The notes below the pieces were generated by a model. That model saw only the letters and a list, made by a program, of their open reading frames with translations. It had not been told where the DNA came from and made no database searches. Position numbers and translations under genes: made by a program. A DNA stretch of 64,000 nt from Vicinamibacterales bacterium (GTDB taxonomy: Bacteria > Acidobacteriota > Vicinamibacteria > Vicinamibacterales > CAVVIG01), in contig DATBHR010000099.1 in NCBI GenBank assembly GCA_036557365.1, positions 340-64,339 on the forward strand, in the 5' to 3' direction. Shown piece after piece: positions 1-8,551 of this stretch. Each line of letters starts with the position of its first letter. Within the stretch, counting starts at the first letter, position 1.

Positions 1-1
1 G

Positions 2-124
2 GCGACCGCTCAACGGTTCCCCTACGTGATCGCGTTCGAAAAGCACGAGCATCACGTGCTCGTTCTCGCGATCGCACACGCCAAGCGCCGGCCGCTCTAC
101 TGGTTCACGCGCACGAACCCTTGA
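2..124 (+). CDS. ParE/RelE-family type II toxin, C-terminal fragment (5' end lies outside the window)
   Basis: Frame 2 reads ATAQRFPYVIAFEKHEHHVLVLAIAHAKRRPLYWFTRTNP and then TGA at 122-124. The FPY..I......V.VL.I.H..R pattern matches the C-terminal strands of ParE/RelE toxins as I recall them. Confidence 0.5.
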   Translation, partial: ATAQRFPYVIAFEKHEHHVLVLAIAHAKRRPLYWFTRTNP

Positions 125-239
125 AAAAGATCATGGATCAAGAGAACGCTCCAACCTTCGTAGCTCTTTCACCATGCGCAGTGTGCAACATAGAAGCCGG
201 GATTTGCTTCTTGAAGAATCCGTGGTCGCCGAACCATAA

Positions 240-692
240 GTGCTGCAACCGATGATGACTGACGTTAGCGTCAAGCGATGCCTCTGGTTTTTTCTCGTGT
301 TTTTTCTCGCGGCAATCAGTGAAATCGCGTGCGCCGAGTCCAACTTTGAATTGGCCGGCGAATCGAGGCTGCCTCGCTGGTTTGCGATTCCAGTAGGGCT
401 GTCGCGTCAGGATGTTACCGTGTCATTGCGGTACTACGCCTGGCCGCCGACCACCGGTTCAGCCACCTTCAAGTTGTGGGACAGTCATGGCCGCAAACTC
501 GCAGAACGTTCCGCGCCCCTCACGGGACACGGACCGCGCACCCTGGGGCCAGATCCGTATCCATCCTACGAAGTCATCACTTACAATGGCACTAGTGAGG
601 TCATTGAGCAGAAACGTCCCGAAGCACTCTTTTACATTTCAGACGACCCGATCGTAAGAGAGAAGTTAGGTGTGACTGCTAGCCCTCATTGA
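240..692 (+). CDS. hypothetical secreted protein (N-terminal signal peptide)
   Basis: A 150-aa ORF in a visibly lower-GC patch. It has a hydrophobic N-terminus, CLWFFLVFFLAAISEIACA. ATG alternatives lie at 252 and 255. I recognise no family. Confidence 0.4.
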   Translation: MLQPMMTDVSVKRCLWFFLVFFLAAISEIACAESNFELAGESRLPRWFAIPVGLSRQDVTVSLRYYAWPPTTGSATFKLWDSHGRKLAERSAPLTGHGPRTLGPDPYPSYEVITYNGTSEVIEQKRPEALFYISDDPIVREKLGVTASPH

Positions 693-1106
693 CCGCATCT
701 CGCGGACTGCAACACCACCGTCTGGATCACTCCGATCTGCCTCAACCACTGGATCAGTTGGTTCCAACTGGCGCTGGTCTGGTCCACCAACCACAAATCC
801 GCACCCGCGATGTGAAAGGCCGAATTCCCTGTTGCGAGGCCAGTAGTGCAACCGACCGTATTGTTGGCGCTGGTCGTCCGTGCTTTTTCGCCGATCGCCA
901 CGCCGATCTTGGGGTACGCCCACCAGTTTGATGATCTATCGCGTTTGCCGAACGATGTCGATTGGGCTGTGATGCCTGTCAGACAGTGGGGCGGTGATGC
1001 GGAGTTGAAAGAAAAGCGCCAAGCCGAGTTTCTAGTCCATGAGTGGTGCCCGGGGAGGCCTTCACCGAGAGCCGCGCGATGGTCCAGGTCGTTCAGGCTG
1101 CCATAG
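689..1106 (+). pseudogene. DarT-like (DUF4433) ADP-ribosyltransferase remnant, frameshifted
   Basis: Two overlapping + frames together give ...EASSATDRIVGAGRPCFFADRHA (frame of 689..931), then ILGYAHQFDDLSRLPNDVDWAVMPVRQWGGDAELKEKRQAEFLVHEW (frame of 846..1106). This resembles the FTDRH ... DW......W...EL.EK.QAEFLV C-terminal blocks I recall from DarT. The frame switches near 905-915 and the N-terminal half is missing. No macrodomain (DarG) gene follows. Confidence 0.35.
739..805. repeat. dispersed repeat copy A with a 16-bp perfect palindrome core (CAGTTGGTTCCAACTG, 755-770)
   Basis: The string gcctcaaccactggatCAGTTGGTTCCAACTGgcgctggtctggtccacca aligns base-for-base with 9909-9959, about 85 percent identical by eye. 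The spacing from GCCTCA to the palindrome is the same in both copies. Confidence 0.6.
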
Positions 1107-1288
1107 CGAATTGTGCCCATAATGCGAAGCGGAAAATGGAGGGAAAAAGCTACTGAACTTCTGTCAGCAAAACCCTGTTTTTTTGCGCGCTTGTAGGTGG
1201 CCTCGGCATCACGGCGGTGCAGCCGGAACTTGGTCCGGCACTCCTACCGGCATTCATGACGGGTAGTCGTTAACATTGGAGTTCACTT

Positions 1289-1525
1289 ATGGGTGTGAGC
1301 AATAGATTCGCTTTGTACGAGCAAAAGGCGAATATCCTCCAAGCAATCGCGCAACGGTATGCGGCTGATTCGATTGAGCATCAAGTCCTAAAAGAAGCGG
1401 CATTCGCCCTTTGTTTTGCATTGACGGAAAAGAGCGCGGAGTTCGCCACCTATCTGGAAAATACGACTAGCTCGCTATCCGACGACGAAAAAAGCAGATT
1501 GAAATCGCTCGGTTTTGATAAGTGA
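1289..1525 (+). CDS. small hypothetical protein (possible immunity-type ORF in a polymorphic-toxin remnant)
   Basis: A 78-aa ORF with an ATG start preceded by ttggag, in a lower-GC stretch. It sits between the toxin-like remnant and an Rhs core fragment. No recognisable family. Confidence 0.35.
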   Translation: MGVSNRFALYEQKANILQAIAQRYAADSIEHQVLKEAAFALCFALTEKSAEFATYLENTTSSLSDDEKSRLKSLGFDK

Positions 1526-2275
1526 CGACGGATGCCTACAACACCTCCAGTTTGTGGATGCGGCGGGGCGACTGCTCGCGACCACAACCTCGCTGGGTCA
1601 GACCAGGCGCACGAGCCTGGACAAGCGGAATCGGACGACGGCGGTCATCGATCCACTCGGCGGGCAGACCTCGTTCAGCTACGACGCGAACAGCAACCTG
1701 ACCGCCTTGACCGATGCGCTGACGCACACGACGAGCTATGCCTACGACGACAGCGACCGCGTCGCTACCCGGACCGATCCGCTCTCGCACGCCGCGTCGT
1801 ACGGCTACGACGGCAATGACAACCTGACGTCGACGACGGACCGGAAGAGCCAGGTGACGAGCCGCACCTATGACGCGCTGAACCGACTGCAGGTCGTCAC
1901 CTTCGACGACAGTTCGACGATCACGTACACCTACGATGCTGGCGACCGGGTGACCGCCATCGTCGATTCGGCGAACGGGACCATCAACCGGACATACGAC
2001 GCGCTGGACAGGCTCACGGAGGAGGCGACCGCCGAAGAGACCGTCGACTACACGTATGACGGCGACGGCCGGCGCGCGACGATGACGGTCGCCGGGCAGA
2101 CAGCAGTCAGCTATACCTACGACGCGGCACATCGGTTGACGACGATTACGCAGGGAACAGACGTCGTCGGCTTCACCTATGACGATGCGAATCAGTTGAC
2201 CGGCCTGACCTATTCATTGGGAGCGACCACGCTCGGTGATCTCAGTTACACCTACGACCTCGTCGGTCGGCGACC
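1515..2275 (+). pseudogene. Rhs/YD-repeat core fragment, truncated at both ends
   Basis: There are about ten consecutive YD repeats (SFSYDANSNLTALTDAL, TSYAYDDSDRVATRTDPL, ASYGYDGNDNLTSTTD, TSRTYDALNRL, ITYTYDAGDRVTAI, and so on). No credible start codon is present (TTG at 1515). The PxxxxDPxGL core end and a C-terminal toxin are absent. The repeat signal stops at ...LSYTYDLVGRRP. Confidence 0.75.
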
Positions 2276-2933
2276 CGAACGTAGATCGTGGAGGTTGTCG
2301 AGGGTGTCATGCGTCATGCCGAAGATCGAGATCGTGTTCCGGCACGACCCGAAAGGCGCCGATGGCGGCCAGCGTCCGGCTGTCTGCGCCGTCCAACTCG
2401 TGGACTCGGTCGCGGTCAACGACTAGCTCGCGCGCGTCACTTCGCGGCAAGTCAAGATCCCGCATTCGCGCGTTCCGCGGATCGCGATCGTCCCGGTCGC
2501 GCGGATCGTACACGCGCCATTCGTTGCCGCGATCGCGGGTATCGTGTTCCCGTGGATCACTCCATCGTGAGTTGGATATCGCTCCTCCTTGCGATAGTGC
2601 AGCGGTTGCGTTGTCGGTGAAGACGCCCTGGCAGTTGTTGCCAGAGGTGGTTCAGGAAGGTGCCCGAAGTGCCGGCCGTTTTGCCGGGCCTTCAACGGCG
2701 TGGTCGAGATGAGGAATCCAAGCGCGGGCTCTGATGAGCGCCGGGCGGATTCAGCCTGCGTGCTGACACGATGCAACGAGGCCGCAGCCCGACCAGACTG
2801 CGTCGACCGTTATACGCCTCGGTGAACTGCATCGCAAGCCGCCCGACGCTCGTCCACATTTGGGCTGCCTGCTCCCCCATCCTAGCGGCGTCATTGAGCA
2901 CGGGAACCGCAGACTACGCGATCGCAGGGGCGA

Positions 2934-3398
2934 CTATCGACGAACCTTTTCAATGATTCTCACTTCGGGTCCGCGGGAGATCTTCGCAATGAAGCCGTTT
3001 GCCGCGTGCTGCCGGCATAGGCGCGTCATGGCGCGTACGGCAGACAGAATGAGAGAAGCGGCCTCGTCGCCGGTCAACGACGAGGACGTGATGCTGAAGA
3101 AACGGAGCTTCGCGGCGAGGACGGCTTGTTTCTCGAGCTGGTTGTATCGAATTCGATCGTCACGAGTGATAACCACCCATCGATTGGCTCCTGCTTCGCC
3201 CAACCAGACAACATCCTGCGTTCCTTGAGGAAACAGTTCATCGTGAACGCGGACATCAAGCCCAGCGGCCCGCAAAGCTTCGGGCACCTTTTTGCGGCCG
3301 AGAGATCGATCGATGAAGAATACGAGGGGCTCAGGCAGCTTTCGCCGGCTGGAGCTCGCAGCGGACGGCTTCTTCGATGTTGAGCGGCTCCTCGCCAT
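2934..3398 (-). CDS. DUF5615/PIN-like toxin (VapC45-like)
   Basis: LVFFIDRSLGRKKVPEALRAAGLDVRVHDELFPQGTQDVVWLGEAGANRWVVITRDDRIRYN is typical of the Mut7-C/DUF5615 toxin partner of DUF433 proteins. It lies directly downstream of, and overlaps, the DUF433 gene. The true start is uncertain, because the ATG at 3398 overlaps the upstream gene by 68 nt. Confidence 0.6.
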   Translation of the reverse strand: MARSRSTSKKPSAASSSRRKLPEPLVFFIDRSLGRKKVPEALRAAGLDVRVHDELFPQGTQDVVWLGEAGANRWVVITRDDRIRYNQLEKQAVLAAKLRFFSITSSSLTGDEAASLILSAVRAMTRLCRQHAANGFIAKISRGPEVRIIEKVRR

Positions 3399-4086
3399 AG
3401 TCTTCAGCGAGATCAGCGATCGACTCGCCCGCCTTGTACCGATCCGCTATCACGGCGGTCGGCACCGCCGACACCTTTAGAATAGGCCGGCCGAACTCCA
3501 CCCGCGGATCCATCGCGACCACTCGGGGCTGCGAGGCTTCTTCAGCAGGACTCTGTCGACTGCGCGTAAACGGATAGAGGCGCGCGACGAATCCGTCCTT
3601 GTCCCAGTCCACCCGCTGAAGATGCAAGCCAATTAGATCACGCATCGCGAGTTGGCCGTGCCTGGATGCATTGATCACATCCTTGAGGCCCGCCGCTTCA
3701 ACGAAAAGGTGTTTGCCGTCCGTGAGCATCTCGTGGTGAACCAGCGGATGCTGAGTCCGGAAGTGCTCGCGCAGGTAATTGACGGCACGCCGAATCTGCG
3801 GCAGTTCGACCTGATATTGGCGCCGCAGGGCGTCCAGGACATGCGCTTCGGTGAGGTTGCTGAATGATAGCCGGGCGTTCGCCGAATCTGCGAGTTCGAT
3901 GACCGGGTCAGATCGGCGGTGTGCGCCGGACCGCAACGGGTACGAGCGTCCGGAAACCCAGGAACGAAGCGTGTTCTCGGGAATCTGCAGGTACCGCGAG
4001 GCTTCGAACACCGAGTACAGGGGTACTTCCAGGACTTGAGGTCCCGAGTACAACTGCTCCAGGTTCCGACGTCTGGTGACGGCCAC
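3331..4086 (-). CDS. HTH + DUF433 antitoxin-like protein (VapB45-like)
   Basis: The N-terminus carries a helix-turn-helix, YSVFEASRYLQIPENTLRSWVSG. The C-terminus has the DUF433 block DPRVEFGRPILKVSAVPTAVIADRYKAGESIADLAEDYG. Confidence 0.65.
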   Translation of the reverse strand: MAVTRRRNLEQLYSGPQVLEVPLYSVFEASRYLQIPENTLRSWVSGRSYPLRSGAHRRSDPVIELADSANARLSFSNLTEAHVLDALRRQYQVELPQIRRAVNYLREHFRTQHPLVHHEMLTDGKHLFVEAAGLKDVINASRHGQLAMRDLIGLHLQRVDWDKDGFVARLYPFTRSRQSPAEEASQPRVVAMDPRVEFGRPILKVSAVPTAVIADRYKAGESIADLAEDYGEEPLNIEEAVRCELQPAKAA

Positions 4087-4197
4087 GCGCCAATCCTAAC
4101 TCGTCGTCAGCAACGGCACAAATCGCCAGCGTACCCGCCCGTTGGTCACCCGTTTGGCGGAGCCGTTGCGGCGTACCGACAGGCAACGAATCAGTCA

Positions 4198-5166
4198 TCA
4201 TGCGGCACACGCTTGGTCGCGGTCGCCCAACGACTGACGGCACAGATCGAATGCGGCATCCCGCCAGTACGAATATTTGAACTTGAAACCATGCTCGAGC
4301 AATCTGGCGGGAACAACTCGTCGGCTCTTGAGAATGAGTTCGGTTTCCGTGCGCATGAAGACAGCGCCGATCTCGAGCATCCACTTCATTGCAGGCAGGC
4401 CGAGCGGAACGCCACACGCCTCGCGAAGTATCTGCATGAACTCTGCATTCGGCAAGGGGTTTGGCGCCGCGATGTTCACGGCTCCTTCGACGTCATCGTG
4501 GTCGATCAACCATCTAACCGCCGCGATGAAGTCCTCGTAGTGAACCCACGACATGAACTGTCGTCCGTCACCTGCACTGCCGCCGAGGCCGTGGCGTACC
4601 AAGGCGAGGAGCGTGTCGAACACGCCTCCAGCGTCCGGACTTAACGTCATTGCAGACCGAAGTGCAACCTTCCGAGTTCCATCAACAACCTGTTCTTCGA
4701 AGGCGCCCTCCCATGCCTGCGCGACGTCAATGCTGAATCGCCAAGTGTCTGGTGCGTCAGGTTCCTGGCCACCAAGAATTCCTGAGTACTCGTCGTTCGG
4801 ACTGTCGTACCGGTGCGCATAAATCGTCGCGGTGCTCGCCTGCAGCCACACGCGTGGCTTGCATGTCGCCGCCGCGATTGCCTGTCCAACGACACGTGTC
4901 GACAACACACGCGATTGCATGATCTCGGCTCGATTCGCTGCCGTGTACCGGCAGTTGACGCTGCGGCCGGCCAAATTGATCACGACATCGCAGCCATCGA
5001 TTTCGCGTTGCCACTTGCCTAGGGTCGCGCCATCCCATGCGACCACCCGCCACAGACTGCGCTGCGGTTGTCGGCTGAGCACGACGACATCGTGGCCTCC
5101 GCGGTGAAACGCTCTCGCCAAGATCGTGCCGACCTGTCCGGCCCCACCTGGAATGACGATCTTCAT
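4198..5166 (-). CDS. TIGR01777-family NAD-dependent epimerase/dehydratase with C-terminal DUF1731
   Basis: It starts MKIVIPGGAGQVGTILARAFHRGGHDVVVLSR (Rossmann GxxGxxG). ATG is at 5164-5166, and the longer track ORF is an upstream extension. The C-terminal part, ...ILKSRRVVPARLLEHGFKFKY, is typical of DUF1731. Confidence 0.8.
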   Translation of the reverse strand: MKIVIPGGAGQVGTILARAFHRGGHDVVVLSRQPQRSLWRVVAWDGATLGKWQREIDGCDVVINLAGRSVNCRYTAANRAEIMQSRVLSTRVVGQAIAAATCKPRVWLQASTATIYAHRYDSPNDEYSGILGGQEPDAPDTWRFSIDVAQAWEGAFEEQVVDGTRKVALRSAMTLSPDAGGVFDTLLALVRHGLGGSAGDGRQFMSWVHYEDFIAAVRWLIDHDDVEGAVNIAAPNPLPNAEFMQILREACGVPLGLPAMKWMLEIGAVFMRTETELILKSRRVVPARLLEHGFKFKYSYWRDAAFDLCRQSLGDRDQACAA

Positions 5167-5180
5167 ACGGCTCTCCCCGT

Positions 5181-5630
5181 TCACTCGACGAATCGGTCCC
5201 GGAATTCCCGCCGCGGCGCAAGACACTGCTCGAAGCGGCCGAACACCCGATACCGGTTTCGGGCAACGACGTTGTAAGCGCGATCCAGCAGCGCGCTTGG
5301 CAGGACGCGCGCAATGATTGCCGCCTTCCACGGCCAACCAAGCTGGCCTGCGACGAAGAGCGCTGCTTGGCTCTTAGCAAAAATCTGGCTGTGACGCGTC
5401 CGGTAGTTTGCCAAAACGTAAAACGACGTCAGTTCCGTGGGGTCGCCGCCGACATCTTCAACCACCGAGCGGCCAGTTGCGCTCTGCAGCGAAGCGAACG
5501 CGAACACGCCGCGCCGGTCATGGGGGAGAAGGAACTGGAGCAGGCTGCTGCACAGCCCACACACCCCGTCGTAGAGCACGAGGTGAGCGCCTCCCCCAGC
5601 GGATGCAGGTTGCATCAGTGAATCAGCCAT
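5181..5630 (-). CDS. thiol-disulfide oxidoreductase, DCC family (DUF393)
   Basis: It has the LVLYDGVCGLCSSLLQFLLPHDRRG motif (CxxC) and a C-terminal NRYRVFGR block. Confidence 0.8.
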   Translation of the reverse strand: MADSLMQPASAGGGAHLVLYDGVCGLCSSLLQFLLPHDRRGVFAFASLQSATGRSVVEDVGGDPTELTSFYVLANYRTRHSQIFAKSQAALFVAGQLGWPWKAAIIARVLPSALLDRAYNVVARNRYRVFGRFEQCLAPRREFRDRFVE

Positions 5631-5642
5631 GCTCTAATATTA

Positions 5643-6362
5643 ATGAACATGTTCACTAAAAATATCAAGCCGCGAAAACGGGGCCGTCCGGCCGGTCCAA
5701 CGGCTCAGGGCGCCGCAGCGAGAGACCGCCTGTACGCGACGGCGACGCAGTTGATCGCCGCCCGCGGCTATGAAGCGACGACCCTTCGGGACATCGCCAA
5801 GGAAGCGGGGGTCAGTGTCGGCCTTCTGTATCGCTACTTCCCAAGCAAACAGGCTGTCGTCATCGCGCTCTATGACCAACTGTCATCGGAGTACGCGCAG
5901 CAGACGGCGAGTATTCCGTCCGGTCGATGGCGAGACCGTTTCATCTTCGCCCTGAAGACCAGCCTCGATGTCCTCGAGCCGCATCAGATGGCGCTCCGGG
6001 CTCTGACGCCTGTCATGGTTGGCGACCCTGAAGAAGGCATCTTCTCCCCGAGCACGGCGTTCTCCCGCCTTCGCGTCCAGCGGGTGTTCGAGCAGGTTGT
6101 CGCCGAGTCGAGTGATGCCCCGAAACAGCCACTTACCGAAGCGCTCGGGCGTCTCTTGTATCTCGTCCACCTGGCAGTGCTCCTGTGGTGGCTACTGGAC
6201 AAGAGTCCGAATCAGCGCGCGACCGCGTCGCTGGTGTTACTGACCCAGCAACTCCTGCCCTCCGCGGGGCTGGCGCTTCGTGTTCCGCCGGTTCGCAAGT
6301 TCGTGATCTCCGTCGACGAACTGGTTCGTGAGGCCCTGTTCGGCAGCCCAGTCTCTGCCTGA
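5643..6362 (+). CDS. TetR/AcrR family transcriptional regulator
   Basis: The N-terminal HTH reads RDRLYATATQLIAARGYEATTLRDIAKEAGVSVGLLYRYFPSK. It is divergent from the DCC gene with only 12 bp between the annotated starts. Confidence 0.85.
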   Translation: MNMFTKNIKPRKRGRPAGPTAQGAAARDRLYATATQLIAARGYEATTLRDIAKEAGVSVGLLYRYFPSKQAVVIALYDQLSSEYAQQTASIPSGRWRDRFIFALKTSLDVLEPHQMALRALTPVMVGDPEEGIFSPSTAFSRLRVQRVFEQVVAESSDAPKQPLTEALGRLLYLVHLAVLLWWLLDKSPNQRATASLVLLTQQLLPSAGLALRVPPVRKFVISVDELVREALFGSPVSA

Positions 6363-6369
6363 GGCATCG

Positions 6370-6957
6370 ATGTTCCTGGCTCGACGTCCAACTCGTAGCG
6401 TCATCGATCGATTCATCCGCGAATCGCAGGACCTGCCGCTGTCGTACGGACCAATCGGAATCGTCCGAACCCGGACGATCGGTCAGGACGTCGACGAGGT
6501 GACTGTCACCATCGGGCGGGGACAATCCGACTTCGAGCGAGCACGAGCCGCGCTACTCGCATGGAAGCAGTTCGACATCGGCTGGGTCGAAACGTTTCCG
6601 CGTCAGGCACCTATCGCCTTCGGGACTGTTGTTGCCGTGCTGATCCGACATCTCGGGTTCTGGTCCTTGAACGGTTGCCGTGTCTTGTACACCGTCGGAA
6701 GCCAGGGTGATGTCGCTCGGTTTGGTTTCGCATACGGAACGCTGACGAACCACGCCGAGAGCGGCGAAGAGCTCTTCGAGGTCTTCCTCGACCCGCGGAC
6801 GGAGGAAGTTGCGTATCGAATCCGCGCGACTTCTTCACCACAGGCCACGCTCGCCCGATTCGGCCAGCCAATTGTGCGTTCGCTTCAAAAGCGATTCCGA
6901 GATCACTCAGTGGCTGCGATGAAAGTGGCAACACGCTCCAACGGCGTTCAAGCATGA
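6370..6957 (+). CDS. DUF1990 domain-containing protein
   Basis: It starts MFLARRPTRSVIDRFIRESQDLPLSY and contains ...GFAYGTLTNHAESGEELFEV..., as in DUF1990 proteins. ATG is at 6370, 8 nt after the TetR stop. Confidence 0.7.
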   Translation: MFLARRPTRSVIDRFIRESQDLPLSYGPIGIVRTRTIGQDVDEVTVTIGRGQSDFERARAALLAWKQFDIGWVETFPRQAPIAFGTVVAVLIRHLGFWSLNGCRVLYTVGSQGDVARFGFAYGTLTNHAESGEELFEVFLDPRTEEVAYRIRATSSPQATLARFGQPIVRSLQKRFRDHSVAAMKVATRSNGVQA

Positions 6958-7862
6958 GCATCTACGTCGAGATTCTTGTTCGGGCGCCGATCGATACGCT
7001 CTGGTCACATACGCAGACGCCAGCACTGCACGAGCGGTGGGATCTGCGCTTCTCGCGAATCGAATACCTCCCGAGAAACGGTAAGTCGGAACCGCAACGA
7101 TTCCAGTACGCGACGCGGATCGGTTTCGGTCTTGAGGTCAGCGGCAAAGGCGAGACCGTGGGGCGGCGAGATTCAAGTGACGGCAGCTCCACCTCCGCGC
7201 TGAAATTCGGCTCGGATGAACCGCTCTCGATCATCAGCGAAGGTAGTGGTTACTGGAAGTACATCCCTACAGAGAGCGGAGTTCGATTCTTGACCTGGTA
7301 TGACTACCGAACGCGTTTCGGCGTGGCAGGCACACTTTTCGATCGATTGATCTTCCGTCCGCTGATCGGCTGGGCGACGGCCTGGAGCTTCGATCGTCTG
7401 CGTTTGTGGCTCGAGCAGGATGTGGCCCCGGAGCAGGCGATCCGGCAGTCGCTGATTCACGCGATCTCACGTGTCGCCATTGCCGCCATCTTCATCTATC
7501 ACGGGCTCATTCCGAAGCTACTCACCCGGAACGTCGATGAAATCGCTATGGTCCGCGACGCCGGGCTCGCCGCCGGTGTTGCGGGCTTCGTAGTCACTGC
7601 CCTCGGCATTCTTGAATTGTCGTTCGCGGCGGCGCTGCTTGTCGCTTGGCACCGGCGCTGGCCCCTGCTTGTTTGCCTCGGGTTGATGCTGGTCGCCACT
7701 GCGGGCGTCGGAATAAATTCACCGCGATATTTCAGTACGGCGTTCAATCCGTTTACGCTGAACCTCGCGGTCGCCTGCCTCGCGAGCATCGACCTTCTTG
7801 TGGTCGGAAAAATTCCGTCCGCCGCACATTGCCTGCGGCGTCCTGGACCGGAGAAGGCATGA
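6954..7862 (+). CDS. SRPBCC-domain / DoxX-like membrane domain fusion protein
   Basis: The N-terminal half, MSIYVEILVRAPIDTLWSHTQTPALHERW, is SRPBCC/polyketide-cyclase-like. The C-terminal half has 4 predicted TM helices (AIFIYHGLIPKLL ... LLVCLGLMLVATAGV), as in the DoxX-like family. ATGA start/stop overlaps occur at both ends. Confidence 0.65.
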   Translation: MSIYVEILVRAPIDTLWSHTQTPALHERWDLRFSRIEYLPRNGKSEPQRFQYATRIGFGLEVSGKGETVGRRDSSDGSSTSALKFGSDEPLSIISEGSGYWKYIPTESGVRFLTWYDYRTRFGVAGTLFDRLIFRPLIGWATAWSFDRLRLWLEQDVAPEQAIRQSLIHAISRVAIAAIFIYHGLIPKLLTRNVDEIAMVRDAGLAAGVAGFVVTALGILELSFAAALLVAWHRRWPLLVCLGLMLVATAGVGINSPRYFSTAFNPFTLNLAVACLASIDLLVVGKIPSAAHCLRRPGPEKA

Positions 7863-8530
7863 AATCGATTTATGAGCACGTGCTCGGATCCGACTTTCAC
7901 CGGCTGCACCCGCAAATTCAGCGCCGGTTCGGCTTCTCAAGCTCCGACAGGATGGCCTCGATCGGTACTGGCGTAATGGACGAGATCTGGAAGGGCAGGT
8001 TCTACACGGAGCCGTTCCTTCGCGTCGGCAGCTGGCGGCGCATCATGTTTCCTGAGACGGGACGAAACATCCCGTTCACGATCGAGAACTATGCCTTCGT
8101 CGATCAATTCGGGCGAGAGACGGTCTCGTGGGTTCGAACGTTCAAATCGCGGCGAACGCGTCGGTTCGATGCGTACATGGTCTACAGCGACTCTCGACGT
8201 CGGATTGTGGACTACCTGGGGTCACACGAGCACCTGGCAGTTGATATCGACCTGTCGGTAGACGAGGCAGGCGGACTAAGGCTGCGATCGGGTGCGCAGC
8301 GGTTCTATGAGGGTGTGATTGGGTTCAACTTCCCGATGCTGTTCAGCGGGATCGCTGACGTCCGGGAATGGTACGACGATGCGGCCGGATGTTTTCGAAT
8401 CGTCGTCGACGTACAGAACAGCGTTTGGGGACCGTTGTTTGGCTACCGCGGGAGCTTCAACGTCGAGTGGCGGAAGGTGACGGAAGTTCCCAGTCACATC
8501 CTTCCGAAGCGCCAGGAACGGCGGGACTAA
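7860..8530 (+). CDS. DUF4166 domain-containing protein
   Basis: MKSIYEHVLGSDFHRLHPQIQRRFGFSS... is the characteristic DUF4166 N-terminus. ATG at 7860 overlaps the previous stop. Confidence 0.7.
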
Positions 8531-8551
8531 CCAGCCAGCACTTGGGCGCCC

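Noticed and set aside
8131-8147. A GGTTCGAAC...TTCAAATC string resembling a tRNA T-arm
   Set aside because: It lies inside the DUF4166 coding frame, and no acceptor or anticodon stem can be built around it.
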